Source: Convolutriloba macropyga (taxonomy: Eukaryota). From it: a DNA stretch of 64,000 bases. The stretch lies in assembly GCF_964194025.1 (NCBI RefSeq), contig NC_134470.1:71362001-71426000 (forward strand), given 5' to 3'. The notes below the pieces were generated by a model. That model made no database searches. It was not told the DNA's origin and saw only the letters and a program-made list of their open reading frames with translations. How positions within the stretch are numbered: the stretch's first letter is position 1; every line of letters begins with the position of its first letter. Positions 36,230 to 49,138 of the stretch are shown one piece after another. Made by a program: the position numbers and the translations under genes.

Positions 36230-39129
36230 AAGCTTTTGTGCTTTGAAGCTATTTCGTATGAATGATTGTGAATGATGAAAAATTTTGAACCAGCTTTATT
36301 GTTTTTATAGGCAGCAAAATGCAATTGTGTGAAACACTTATTGTCGACATGATCCCATTTGTTTCGTGAATAGGATTAATTCTAAAATTGCTCTTTTTCA
36401 GAGGTGACAGTTCAAATTGGTCATTTTCATGTCATAGGATGGTGGATAAAAACAAAGATTATCTGACCGCGCATCTTTAACCGCCTTTTTAAAATTTCCG
36501 CCAAACTGCTCAGGAAATGTTTTTAATTCACACAATAACTCTAAACGGTCGGGGACCAAAATTTTTCTCTATGTTGAAAGATATTTCAAAAGCGCGGAAG
36601 TTTTTGGAGCAAGAAAGTAGGGGTCGGTTAACTTGTCTAACAGAGGAATGCAAAAACTACCAAGATCTATTCTCTACAGATTAATTAGATTCAGTTTCTG
36701 AAAGAGGAAGCCAGCTAACCTCACTAGCAACTAATTTGAATTTTTCGGCGGCCCGAATTATCAATTTGCCAATTTTTGACAATTTAAACTAGGATGACAT
36801 ATAACAGTGAAATAAATGAATGGTGGAATAGAAGCAAAATTACTGTTAGTAATAGTGTCCTTAATCGTCCCGCATCATAACAAGTTGGCTTGACTTTTAC
36901 CGCGGCTTTTGGTCGGTTTCAAAATGATCGTGAACCAATTTTTTAAAACTATTTTCCAAAAATACAATTTTGAGAAAAAATAGGGGTCACGGTATTGCTA
37001 GCAAAAAACAAAAAAAAACATGAAATTATATCTCATCAATACTTTATAGTACACCAACCCACTGCTCAAGTTATCTGCAGTTCCCCCAAGCATTTATGAG
37101 CTAGACGAATTTGCAAGTTATTGTCCGTTTTCCAAAGAAACTTGATAAACAACTTTCTAAAGTACAATTATTCTCAGAGAAATTAAATTTGAAAGAGTGG
37201 TTTTTCACTGTTCGCTTAATTAGAAAATTTGGTGTTTTCATTGTTACAAAAAATTTTGAACAGTTTCCAAAGGAAAAATCGATTAAACGACAACTTTTTA
37301 AATTCGTATTTAGTTTTCATTTGTTTTCTCAGGACCAAATAGTTCACAGTTTTGTGATTCTTTCTGCATAACTATAAATTTTATTAATGTCATTGTTCAA
37401 AGTTCAAGATCAAAAATACAGTATCCAAGATAAAGGGTTTTGAAAAATGATATTTAATGTACATTTCAACGTTATAATTATGAGAACATTCATTAGCATG
37501 TCCCTTTGTTGGATATCAAAGATGGCTTGGCCTGCATTAAAACTTTTTATTTTTAAGTCATCTTCTCGGTTCAAATGTTTAAGCATAATTCTTTTTTCAG
37601 TAGATACTCCCGATGTAAAAAATGCAAAAACTAAAATTTTATATAATTTTATCTTTTCGGTTTCGTTTACTGCAACCAAGTAAGCTTTTCTCTACATAAT
37701 TTTGGGTATTGTTCAGCCGTTGGTTATCACCATTTGTAAGATGATTTAATATTAAAGAGGCAATGAAAGTCTTCATTTTTGTAGCACCCTTTCAATGTGT
37801 TACAGAGCTGCTGGTGGAAGAGCGGCTATTAAAAATTTAATTTCGATTGATTTTTTAAGCTGTGATTTTTTTTAATCTATTTTGTCTCTAAGTACAAAGT
37901 GTTTTACCGCGGACAAGCCTTTCAGCAGCCCATTCTGGGTGTATCTATTTATGTTTACACTGCCATGATTTAACTAAAAATTGAACATTCACAAATTTTG
38001 TTATCAACTTTGTAACTGTTTGTTTCTCTACTGCTTTTAAAAACCAGAAAAAATTAGATTTATTTTGGTTATGAATTATTGTGATGTTGTTCTTAAGGAA
38101 ATGCGGTTCTGTTGCAATTTTTTACTCGCTTCCTTAATGTTAATAACAGCAGGAAATACTTCTGATCGATGTTGAAGAATTTTGTTTATATGCGAATACG
38201 CCATCAGCTTATACAGCGACAATTTTTTCTGATTTATTCACCTGTTTGAAGGGAATTTTTTGATCAGTGTTTTTGCTTGAGTACTTTTGTAAACAGATTT
38301 AGCTGAAAATTTTTTCGTTGATTCATTGGAAAGTTAAAGTTGTCAACATCAAAGAGATAGAGTCCAAATACTGCTGTAAAAGCTGAGGCATTTTCTTAAG
38401 AATTAATATATAACCACTAGTTCATTAGCATCCGATAGTAGCATCCAAACAATCAAAAAAATTAACGGGAATATCCTTAAAAACGAATAAATGCGACATC
38501 AAAGCCTAGCAGACGTGTTACTCATAAAACAGCGTTTTCCCGTTAATCTCATACTTTTCCCGTTTTATTCTAATGGTGCTCCATTGCAGCCATTTTACAG
38601 AAATGGGATTACTCAAACAGGACGTGACTTTTTTCGTATTGGAGCCACAAGGGACATCAATTCATTTGAACAGTGCCTAAACTATTCAATAAAATTGAGC
38701 AAGCAGGAATTAGAATTCACCATTTAAAAATATTTAAAACGAGCTTAGATTGGATCAATAATCATCCACGGTTTAATCTTTTGGATAAACATACGCCATT
38801 TTTGAGCCCAGATTTTAAACTTATTGAAGGCCACATCCAGTAATGATTCAATACCTGTGTCCACGTGTGATGGAAAGTTTGAGATAGGAAGCTGTGCGCG
38901 GCGTACTATGAAGTTTTATCTTGTTTACCGCTAGAAGCTACCCTAAAAGCGTCATAACTCAAACCATACTACGACTGTAAGCTTCTGCTTTATTAGCTTT
39001 CTGTTGAAAGCATGCCTAACAAAACTTTCTAAGGTTTCTATTTCTGCTGTATAACGAAAGCGCTACTAATATTAAGGATACTTTTTGATACTTTTCAGTT
39101 GCACATGAACTTATTTCGCAACATGTGTT

Positions 39130-42100
39130 ATGGATTCTCTCAAAACACTGTCTCTAAGTGCAACTGCCGCTGCCGGAGCTTTAACTGGCTTTTCTGTTCG
39201 CTTAGTCGTGAATCCGTTAGATGTAATCAAGATTCGGTGGCAGCTTCAAGTTGAGCCAATATCTGGTTCCAGTGATATTGCTGGAAAATATAGAACATGG
39301 TCTCAAACTTTGAAGAGCATCGTGGGAGAAGAAGGAGCCAGGTAGACAAGCTGAATTGTCTAATTTCAATAATATTACAATAAAGCTATAATGGTGTTGG
39401 CAGTGATGTTTTTTTGATCAATCATAACAATTTAAATCTTCAAATGAAGCAATGTGATCAGATTCATTATAGTATGTATGCCATGTATGTGTGCAAATGG
39501 GCATATGTAGTCTTTGGGTTATAATCGTGAATTTTACATTTTTAATAAAAAAATAATGAGTGATTTTCCGCTAAATTCGTGTAGTAAGGCGTAAATCAGA
39601 TGCACAAGGCGAATCCACGACGCGCTCAACGCGCACCCATTGACCCGCCAGAGACAATTTATTACACCACTAACTATAAAATTTTTGAGCTTACCTTATC
39701 TAATTTTCAAAATTTGTCTGGCTTGACTAGCAAATTGTTTGACCGCCACCGCTTTTAAGTCCTATTATTATGTATGAAATAGTTGCAGACTGCGGAATGA
39801 ATAAAAAACATTGCAAACAAAGATAACTTTTAGTTATTTACGTGAAAAAGGAAGCGTGAAAAAAATACGGTTCGTTAACGTAACCGCTTGGCATTTTTCA
39901 CTGTTCATGGATCCATCAATGCCAAAAATGCTCTAAGACGAAACATTTTAGTGAAATATGTTGACAACGAAAAACATTCTTTTGTTCTTTTTTAATAGCC
40001 GCGAAGCAATAGAGACTATTATTGGCGACATCGTGGTTTTTTACAATTCAAAGAATTTGAATTGTATTGAGGCGCTGTCTTTTTTTAAGATCTGTTCACA
40101 CATTTTCATTTTTTAAGTCAAATTGGAGTAGTGATTTGGGTCACGCCGAAACAGGAAGTGGAGCGAAAAAGCGAGTGGTGTAGTGGCGTAAAAAATTTTC
40201 ACTCTAATCTTAAAGTAGAGTGAAAAAACGTTGTTTGAACAAAAATTCGCTTTCTCGCTAGTGTGTTTTCTGTTCACATGCTGCAATTTCACATTGATTT
40301 TAACTGTCTTTTTTTTAAATTTTTGGATCGGCATTTTTTTTCTAACTAGTTTTGCCAATCCATTCATTGTGCATTCAAGGTCTAGTTTTTTGTTTGATCC
40401 AACTTTCTTTTTTTTCGCTAATGGATTTTTGTTCACATGCGGGATTTTGGCATTGTTTTTTAACTTTTTAAATTTTTTTTATCTGATTTGTTTGGAAATA
40501 GTTTTCACAATTCACTCATAATCCGTTCTAGGTCTACTTTTTGTTAAGTCAATGAAAATTCTTTCAATTGTACGTGAATTGTACGTCTGCTATGTTTTTT
40601 ACAATTCAAAGAATTTGAATTGTATTGGGGAGCTGTCTTTTTTTAAAGATCTGTTCACGCATTTTTGTGATTTTTGAAGTCAAATTGGAGTAGTGATTTC
40701 GGTCACGCTGAAACAGGAAGTGGTGCGAAAAGGCGAGTGGTTTTGCGTTGTGAAATTTTCTTGCTCTATTTTTAAAGTAGAGTGAGAAAACGGCGTTTGA
40801 ACAAAATTTCGCTTTTTCGCTAGTGGTTTTTTTGTTCACATACGGCAATTTCACTCTAACTGTTTTCTTTCGATTTTTTGGATTGGGTCTTTTTCTAAAT
40901 GGTTTTCCCAATCCATTCATGGTTCATTCTAGGCCTAGTTTTTTGTTTGAACCAAATTCCATTTCTCGCTAGTGGATTTTTGTGCACATGCGATGCGGCA
41001 TTTTGCCATTGATTTCGTCTAATTTTTTTTCTGATTTTTTAGAAATGGTTTTCCCAATTAACTAATAGTCCGTTCTAGGTCTGATTTTTTGTTTATTCAA
41101 TGGAAATTCTTTGAATTGTACGTCAGGACTTGTCCTGTTATGTTTTTTACAATTCAAAGAATTTGAATTGTATTGGGGCGCTGTATTTTAAGATCTGTTC
41201 ACTCATTTTCATGATTTTTGAAGTCAAATTGGAGTAGTAATTTTGGTCACGCCGAAACAGGAAATGGAGCGAAAAAGCGAGTGGTTTTGCGGCGTGAATT
41301 TTTTTTTGCTCTATTTTTAAAGTAGAGTGCGAAAATGGTGTTTGAACAAAAATTCGGTTTCTCGGTAGTGGTTTTTTGTTCACATGCGGCAATTTCACTC
41401 TGATTTTAAATGTTTTCTCAATTTTTTGGATCGGATTTTTTTTCTAAATGGTTTTCACAATCCATCCACAGCTCATTCTAGGCCTAGTTTTTTGTTTGAG
41501 TTAAAATTTCATTTCTCGATAGTGGTTTTTTCGTTCATATGCGGCATTTTGACATTGATTTTTTTTTCTTATTTTGTGATCTGATTTTTTTTAAAATGGT
41601 TTTCTCAATTCACTCATAGTCCATTCTAGGTCTAGTTTTTCTTTTTAGTCAATGAAAATTCTTTGAATTGTACGTCAGGACTTGTCCTGCTATGTTTTTT
41701 TAATTCTCTTTACCTTTTGATCACGTTTTTTGTTTCACATAAGTCGCGATTTTTAAGCTTGACTTGGACTTATTTCTCTCACTGTTTCTACTGAATGGAT
41801 TTTAATTTCTTTCGCGTATTGAGTTACGTAATGTAGTGATTAAGGTCAATGTCAAACGTGCAAATTGAAAAGAACGGGTTAAACCGATAAGGCCCGGTCT
41901 TTAAGTCATAGTGCATTAGGTTATCAAAGTTCATTAAAGCGATTGCTAGCTGGTGTTATTATTATGCTTAATAGCCTTCAGTTTAGAAGCTGCACTAAGT
42001 GTAATTTTGGAATCTAACCGAATATGCAGAATTTACGCACCAAAGGGCGGTTCTTTGTATTAAGGGCGGTTCTTAAGCTTATTTTGACCCCCCTACCCCC

Positions 42101-43343
42101 CCCCCAACACTTACCTGTCCACCCTCCTCCACCTAGCGATTTGAACCCCTCCCACCAACCTCCTCCCCCCCCCCAACCCGCTCACTCCCCTCCCCCAATG
42201 CTATCATCTCTAAGCCCCCAGCTTTCAACTACCGAAGCCAACCTCTCGCCGGTTTAAGAGCAATTCGCCGAACTTTAGTCGGTTTTTTATTTTGTTCTCG
42301 GGATGTTTGTTTGTATAGTTTTGGAGCTCGGTTACAAAAAACGCTTTATGGGTTGTGAAACTAAATTTGGTGCCTAGAGCTCTTTGGAAAGGACATCTCT
42401 CTGGTCAGATTTTGACAATTGGATACAGCAGCATTCAGTTTACAACCTACAACTTCATTTCGAGAGGAGTTGACTATCGAAACAACTTTGGACTCCACTT
42501 CATAATAGGCAATAACTGGGAGCAAATTAACTGATATTATCACGAAATTCAATAAATTTGTGATAAATTAACCCGAGATTCAAATAAATAAGCAATGAAG
42601 TTTGGGTTGTTGTAGGCGTTTTGGTTTGTAAACAAACTAATCTAAACTGACAGGGTAGTGTTTCCGGTGTGACGTATCTCAAGCACACTGGAACCCTTAA
42701 ATTTAGTTTTTTTTAAAAAAAATCATATATTTCAAGATAAATCAGATTGAGATATACTTAACTCCCGGTTATTGCCTTAGGTGGTTTGAGCGGATCGGTA
42801 GCAACAACCGGAACCTTGCCAATTGACTTGGTTCGAACACGGATGGTGTCTCAAGGCACCAAAGTCATCTACAAGTCAATTACAAACGCCTTCACTTCAA
42901 TTTACAAACAGGACGGAGTTCGCGGATTCTTTCGTGGACTAACGCCAGCATTAGTCCAGATATTCCCCTTTACTGGTTTGACATTTGGCATTTACAACAT
43001 GATCAGATCGCCAATGCACAGAATGGCGGAAGATCACAAGAGGTCAGCTAATTTCGTATCTGGTCTTGTCACTGGAACGCTTGTGAAGTCTTTACTGCAT
43101 CCACTGGATGTGTACAAAAAGAGGCTAATGATCCAGGGCTTTTCTGAGGCGAGGAAAGAGTTTGGACAGTTTGTGTACTATCGAGGCATGGTTGATTGTG
43201 CGGTAAAGATGATAAAAACCGAAGGGTTTATGGCAATGTATAAGGGACTGAGCCCGAACGTTGTGAAAGGAGCTGTTTCCACCAGTCTACAGTTTGGATT
43301 CTTTGAGTTCTATTTAGAAATCATTAACACGTACTTGAACTAA
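39130..43343 (+). CDS. SLC25A19: mitochondrial thiamine pyrophosphate carrier-like, paralog a
   Basis: Exons 39130-39341, 42378-42508 and 42781-43343. Motifs PLDVIKIRWQLQVEP, WKGH, PIDLVRTR and PLDVYKKRL..GFSEAR..FG. Confidence 0.85.
39994..42286 (+). mobile_element. composite element: B 5' end, three tandem D units (40043-41694), B body and an A-type 3' end
   Basis: D units at 40043-40594, 40601-41142 and 41149-41694 are joined through TATG-Tn-ACAATTC. The element ends AGAGCAATTCGCCGA..GTCGG. Confidence 0.75.
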
Positions 43344-43483
43344 TGTGGTAATTTTAGCTTCTTTTGCTTCGGAAAAAACGCTGCCTTAAACATGTTATAA
43401 AGATAATTGTATAATAATATAAAGACTTTTCATGTAAAGTATTTCCAACAGCTTAATATAAACGTCTTCTACATATCTTATTC

Positions 43484-43809
43484 ATTGCTCTCAAACGAAG
43501 TTTGTAGCAATTATATTAGTCCTGTCGGTCTTTTTTATGCAATTTTTCGCTTGACCGATTTTTCGTCTGACCCATTTGACTTTTCGTCCTCAAAAAGGGG
43601 ATAAACAGGTAGCGCCCAGGGGGCATTTAGTGCTCTAAGAGCCTTTCAGCTCAAACTGTTTTGGAGACTTATACTTATACTTATGGTGCGAAGGGCGGTT
43701 CTTAGAGGTTGAGACACCCCCCCCCCCCCCCCGTGGCTAGCTACTGACGAAGCCAACCGCTCACCGGTCGTTTGAGAGCAATTCGCCCGACGTTAGTCGG
43801 TTATGTTTT
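43484..43809 (+). mobile_element. HINE-like family A
   Basis: Perfect subTIR pair ATTGCTCTCAAACGA / TCGTTTGAGAGCAAT, then hairpin CCGAC-GTTA-GTCGG and TTATGTTTT. Confidence 0.8.
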
Positions 43810-44877
43810 GAATAAGTCACTGTAGTGCTTGGAAAATTAGGAAGAAGAAACCGTGATTAGTATGGCGTTTTTTATATTAAGGGTTCAGTTAAATACACGC
43901 GTAAATTGCAGTACAATAGCTTGCGGTCCTCTGAGGTAGTTGCCAAAGTAATTCATTCGAATATAAAATGTTTCCGAATAGAATGTAATTGACCCATCTG
44001 GTTTTGGCGACATAGATGCAAAGCAGGGCGAATCAGTACCTGATCATTCTGACGGTAGATTACATTATATCAATAGAGCTAGCTACCTTTAATATTTCAA
44101 GTTTGTTTTCTCAATATGCAATAGTGTGCTATGCACAGCAATATGTGGATGAGTGTTCTTTTTTTTGAAAATAATTGTCCGGAGTGCTTTGGTTTATTCT
44201 GTTTTAGGTTTTTCCGTCTTTCGACAATTTTTCATTAAAATATCTGAAAAACTGGTATACAACAGCAGATTTCCTGTAGGAATTTTGTGTACGTTGCTTC
44301 CGTGGACAACAATTAAACGGAGCACAATATTCGGACCGGAGTAAAATCTGACTATGGTATTAATTTTTGTTAAGGTTGATTAAATTGATTAGCATTTTTC
44401 GCAGCTCAACACCAGGAAATAAAAAAAGCAGTAAAAAACATGCACTAAATTTGGAAAATGTTAGACGTGTTTGGTACAAAGTTGAATGCGTTACATTTTT
44501 TTCAAATGATCACTCCAGCCGTTGTAATTTTAGAAAGAAAGCAAATGCAAAAAAAACTTGCCGATCCAATGATGACGAACCGTGCCTGTAACTCAAGCTA
44601 AGACGTCTGGAAAATTCTCAAAATGCAGCAAAAACAACCAAACGGTCACTAAGATCCAACTCTCCACCTTATTAAACCTGTGATGCTATCTATGGTTTTC
44701 GCATAAATATTACATTGTGTGCTCAAGAAATTCGAACAATAATTAATGTGCAGATATTGGAAAATGTTTCTACTTCTATGCTCTTTGACATCTTTGGGAA
44801 ACAAGAAACTGAAAAGAGAGCACTGCAGCTGGGAATTTTGGCTGTCACAAAAAATTGTCAGCAAAGTGTTGAAGTTG

Positions 44878-45148
44878 GTTACATGACAGTTTAACCAATT
44901 CCATTTTACCCAATGTCATTTTAGCCCACCTGCCAACTTACTCAATGTTCTTTGATATTTTGGCTCAATTATCCAATGTTCGGTTGTGATAGCTTCATAT
45001 CAAGTCCCACGGGCCATTTAATTGTATAGTCGGCTAAATAATCGGTCTGGTAATTTTAACAATAGGGTAAATTGAAGTTGGCGTTTGGTAAAATGGCAGT
45101 TCGTGTATAATGGCATTGGAAAAAAATTGAATTGCGTAAATTGCACCG
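44878..45148. mobile_element. foldback-type MITE sharing its core with 7456-7840
   Basis: Inverted arms (CCAATTCCATTTTACC versus GGTAAAATGGCA). The core GTTCGGTTGTGATAGCTTCATATCAAGTCCCACGGGCCA is the near reverse complement of ~7625-7663. Copy at ~63010-63283. Confidence 0.55.
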
Positions 45149-46546
45149 CTTAAGTCGCTAATCGGTTGTACTGCTACTGTACACCCCATTTTTATGTTTT
45201 TGGTGACTAAGGAATTGCATTTTTACTGCCAATTATTATGGCCAAAATGAATAGGAACTGAAATGCTAATTTAAAAAGTTAATAATCTTGTCTTTTTACT
45301 TCAAAAGTTTTGTTTTTTTTTGCAAAAATCAGTCAGTTCATAAGAACTATTTACAGAAAGTTGCAATTATTTTTACGCCAAACGGAACGATAAAAGGAAA
45401 ATTTGACAAAAAGAAATTTTCAGTGAAAACACTTATGCTCATTGAGAGAACTTCATATCTAGGAAGTTACGATGGGTAATTGTCGCTTTAAATCACCTCG
45501 AACAACTCTTAACCAATTTAGGAATAATTTGGGGCTAAACTGAAAAATATCTAACAAACGCTGAGCTATACAAACCGAAATGAATATTTTTTTAAATCTT
45601 GTTTATTTACTTGAAACAAATAGCGTCCTGAGAAAACTCGATGAGGTGACTTAGGAACTATTTGAAATTAAATGCGTGTTCGAAAATTAACTCACAAAAT
45701 AAGCAAAAAAACTAAAGTGTAGACAAGGAGAACTGTGCCCAAAACTAGCACCGGATGCCAGGAAAAAATCTCATCACATTGAAATATTGCCTACGCTGCT
45801 AACAACATTGGAGTCTGATGTTCCTGACTACAAAAATTAAAAAAAAAACGTTATTCGGACGTAATATTTAAGCTTACATTGTTCATCTTGTTTATATTGG
45901 TGTTCTCAATCATTGAGTTGATTGCATCGTAATCAACGACAGCGCTCAAGTGTAACTCAAATTCTTCGATTGTAATGTCTTTGTTCAGCTCAGTTAATGT
46001 TAATAGATTTTTGTGCCACAGCGATCGGGTTAAAAATACGAGTGAATACGGAAAGTTTCGAAAATTTTGCGAGGACTGATGTAGGTTGCGAATATTTTTT
46101 TACCGTCCGGGCATAGCAAATCATTATTGTTATGTCGCCTTCCTAAGTATTTTTCTCATAGGATGAATTGAAGAACTTGCAACTAAAATGGAGTGACACG
46201 ACTCAAGTTATTCTGCGCGTTGTGGTATAACTCATACCACGTTTCCAATTTATGAAGTGGAATATACAAATGTAAGAAAAATGAAGATGGCGACATAGAT
46301 ACATTGCATCTAATTTGTGTACATTTTCTTTTTCGTAGAGTTGTTAATAATAACACGCTGTATTAAGCGATGACTGGAGCAGCCATATATTAACGTTATT
46401 ATATTATCGGCATATTAAGAGTAAGAGCAGTTTTTGCTATTACTTAATATCTGAGCTTTTGTGCGATCATTCTAGATAAATTGAGCTTTTCTTAAATGAA
46501 ACACCTCTGGTCTATATGACTTCCGTTTTCATTTCCTATTTTAAAC

Positions 46547-48113
46547 CTGGATTCGGTCAAGAATTTATCAGTGTCATCGGCGGCTATTGCCGGAGCTTTA
46601 ACTGGATGTTCGGTTCGGTTGCTTGTAAATCCATTTGACGTCATCAAAATACGATGGCAGCTCCAGGCGGAAATCATATCAACCAATCAGAATCGGCAGA
46701 TGTTGGCCAATCGAGGGTACAACAGCAAATATCAATCGTGGCTTCAAACATGTCGGAACATATTGAACGAAGAGGGTGTGAAATCTTTCTGGAAAGGTCA
46801 TTTATCAGGCCAAGCCTTAACTATTGTGTATAATTCTGTACAATTTTCAACGTACAAGTTTTTGACCCAGAAGTTAAAAGATTTGAATTGGTCGAAAGAT
46901 AATTTTCTGCTTCAATTTGCAATCGGAGGATTTAGCGGTTCCGTGGCAACGGTTGCTGCGTTGCCTTTGGACGTTATCAGAACTCGAATGGTTTCACAAG
47001 GTGCTAAGCCGTTTTATTCTTCAATTCCAGATGCAATTTTAAAAATACATAAAGCAGACGGTGCTATTGGATTTTACAGAGGAACAGTTCCGGCAGTTGT
47101 TCAGACATTCCCTGCAGCGGGGCTGACTTTTGGGTTTTACGAAATGTTTCACACAGCCTTGAGACAGGTTCCGATTATTGAGGAAAACGTAGTGAATGTT
47201 GCATCCGGATTCTTTTCTGGCTTGCTCGTCAAGGTGTTTGTTCATCCACTGGATGTGTTCAAAAAGCGTCTCATGATTCAGGTTAGAACCCCGAATGCCT
47301 TTCGATTCAGAAAATGAAGGTTTTTATGTTTTGTGTAAATAAAAACAATTTAGTAAATAAGGTCTGAGCATCCATCCGTTGCTAACACCGGTTCGTGCCC
47401 ATAGCATATAGTACGCATCGAATCTTTTCTTTTATGCACCCCCCCCCCCAAAAAAAATTCAGCTTAGTAGATGCATACTGTTTGCAGCCCTCAAGCGCAC
47501 TTGTCATATTGTAACAAAATGATTTACTATGTGAGGGAAGTGCTGTATGACTAGGTTGCACATCATACTGGGGGCACAAACTGAAAAGATGGTAGACATC
47601 ATACAGTACGAAAGGATCTGGGAGTACTTTTAAGGAAATCCGGGTATATTTTTGAATGAGAAAAGAATACGAACAGCTGCTGCCGTGATGTCACTAAGTC
47701 ACTTTACAACTATATTCCCTATGGTTGTTCCAGTTAAAAGCAAGACATCATGCCTGATCTCTAACTCCGAACCGCTTTTTATCAGTTCCTCTCATCAAAT
47801 TTCTCAAGGACATAAGCTGAGTTGCGTTGGACTGAATGAATATTGCTTCACCGGGTGTTTGTTTTGAGTTTGTTATTCGAAAGTGTTAGTTATTTTTGTT
47901 TACTTCTAGGGCTTTGAAGAAGCTAGACGAGGATTCGGAAGATATGTTGTCTACAAAGGGTTCACTGACTGTGCAGTTACCATGTTGAGAGAAGAAGGCG
48001 TGGGTGGTCTCTTCAAGGGAGCTAGTCCCAACCTTGTAAAGGGTGCGATCTCCACAGCACTGACCTTCGGATTCTTTGAACTGTATTGCAAAATGCTCAA
48101 AGATTCAGCTTAG
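46547..48113 (+). CDS. SLC25A19: mitochondrial thiamine pyrophosphate carrier-like, paralog b
   Basis: Exons 46547-47281 and 47910-48113 (phase 0) give three carrier repeats. The start is uncertain because CTG occupies the position of paralog a's ATG. Confidence 0.85.
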
Positions 48114-48522
48114 GATTATTCTCATATTTAAATGCAGGACTTTTGAACCTGATATGTAAATGGTTGATATAATTTTGTAATTAGATGCCAAGTGGTTCAT
48201 TTCGCAATTAATTTTTGACAAATTTGTTTTGAAATAGATAATTTTTTGGCACAAGAGGGGTTTACAATGAACTTTTGTTGCTACCTGATAAGTTAGCTGC
48301 TTGTAATATGAGGCTGCATAAGCTGTGGGCCGAAAACGCGCGTTATTTTTATAGCTGCGAACCTATAAGCTGAGCGTAGCCTTATTGCGGTGCTCTATGT
48401 TTTTGTTTTTGTTTCGTCTTCTGACGCTCTGTTTTGTTTTACATTTCACTCCGCAAACTTCAATTGAACTTGAAATCAGGTGTTTGTTTTAAAACGTTTT
48501 AGTCATTAATATGGTTGGCAAC

Positions 48523-49132
48523 TGTTGGGTTATGGACTTTCGCAAGCGGATTAAAAGGCGTTTTTAACTAAGTAAAAGAATTAATTTCTCAAAAATGAGA
48601 GAATAACAAAATGATATTTTACAGTAGAATTTAGAGATTTACAGGAGAGATCTGATTATTAGATCAAGATGGTGATTTGAATTTGGGGATGAAAAAGGAC
48701 TCAAAAATCAGCTGTATATATACCCATTATCAGTGTGAAAAAGTCAAGATACAAAACTAATCATAGCACCGTGATTTACAGTGGGGGTCGCAAAGGTTAC
48801 CCAATATGGTTTGCTTCTGCAAATCAGTCGCAAAGGAAACCATAAATGGAATGAATTTGCACTTTTCTAAGAATTCATTCATACTTCCGGAGATATCATC
48901 ATCATTTTATGCATGCTGGGAAGATTTTACATCAATTAATTCAACTCTAATAATAGTTATCTAGACTCACCAATTTGAACCGAATATTGATTCTAAGCAC
49001 CATTTCTTGACGATTCATTTATATAATTTCTTTGATCGAAGTCATATTGCTTGTCTTTCTAATCTGGTAAGTCAAACTTTCTTTCTAATTCTCACTAAGT
49101 TTAAGACTATAGTTTGATCGATATTCTTATCA
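48523..49132 (-). repeat. 3' LTR
   Basis: Direct repeat of 53467-54070 with roughly a dozen visible differences. Confidence 0.95.
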
Positions 49133-49138
49133 CCCCAC

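Noticed and set aside
39030-39098. Trans-splice acceptor before SLC25A19-a
   Set aside because: A plausible donor (AAG|GTTTCT at ~39033) explains it as a short 5' UTR cis-intron.
42024-42257. Proline-rich ORF
   Set aside because: It is the translation of the C-rich tract near a family A-type 3' end, inside an intron.
16799-48113. TAG reassignment (alternative genetic code) suggested by two in-frame TAGs
   Set aside because: NAT-b ends in TAG exactly where its paralog has TAA, and SLC25A19-b also ends in TAG, so TAG is a normal stop.
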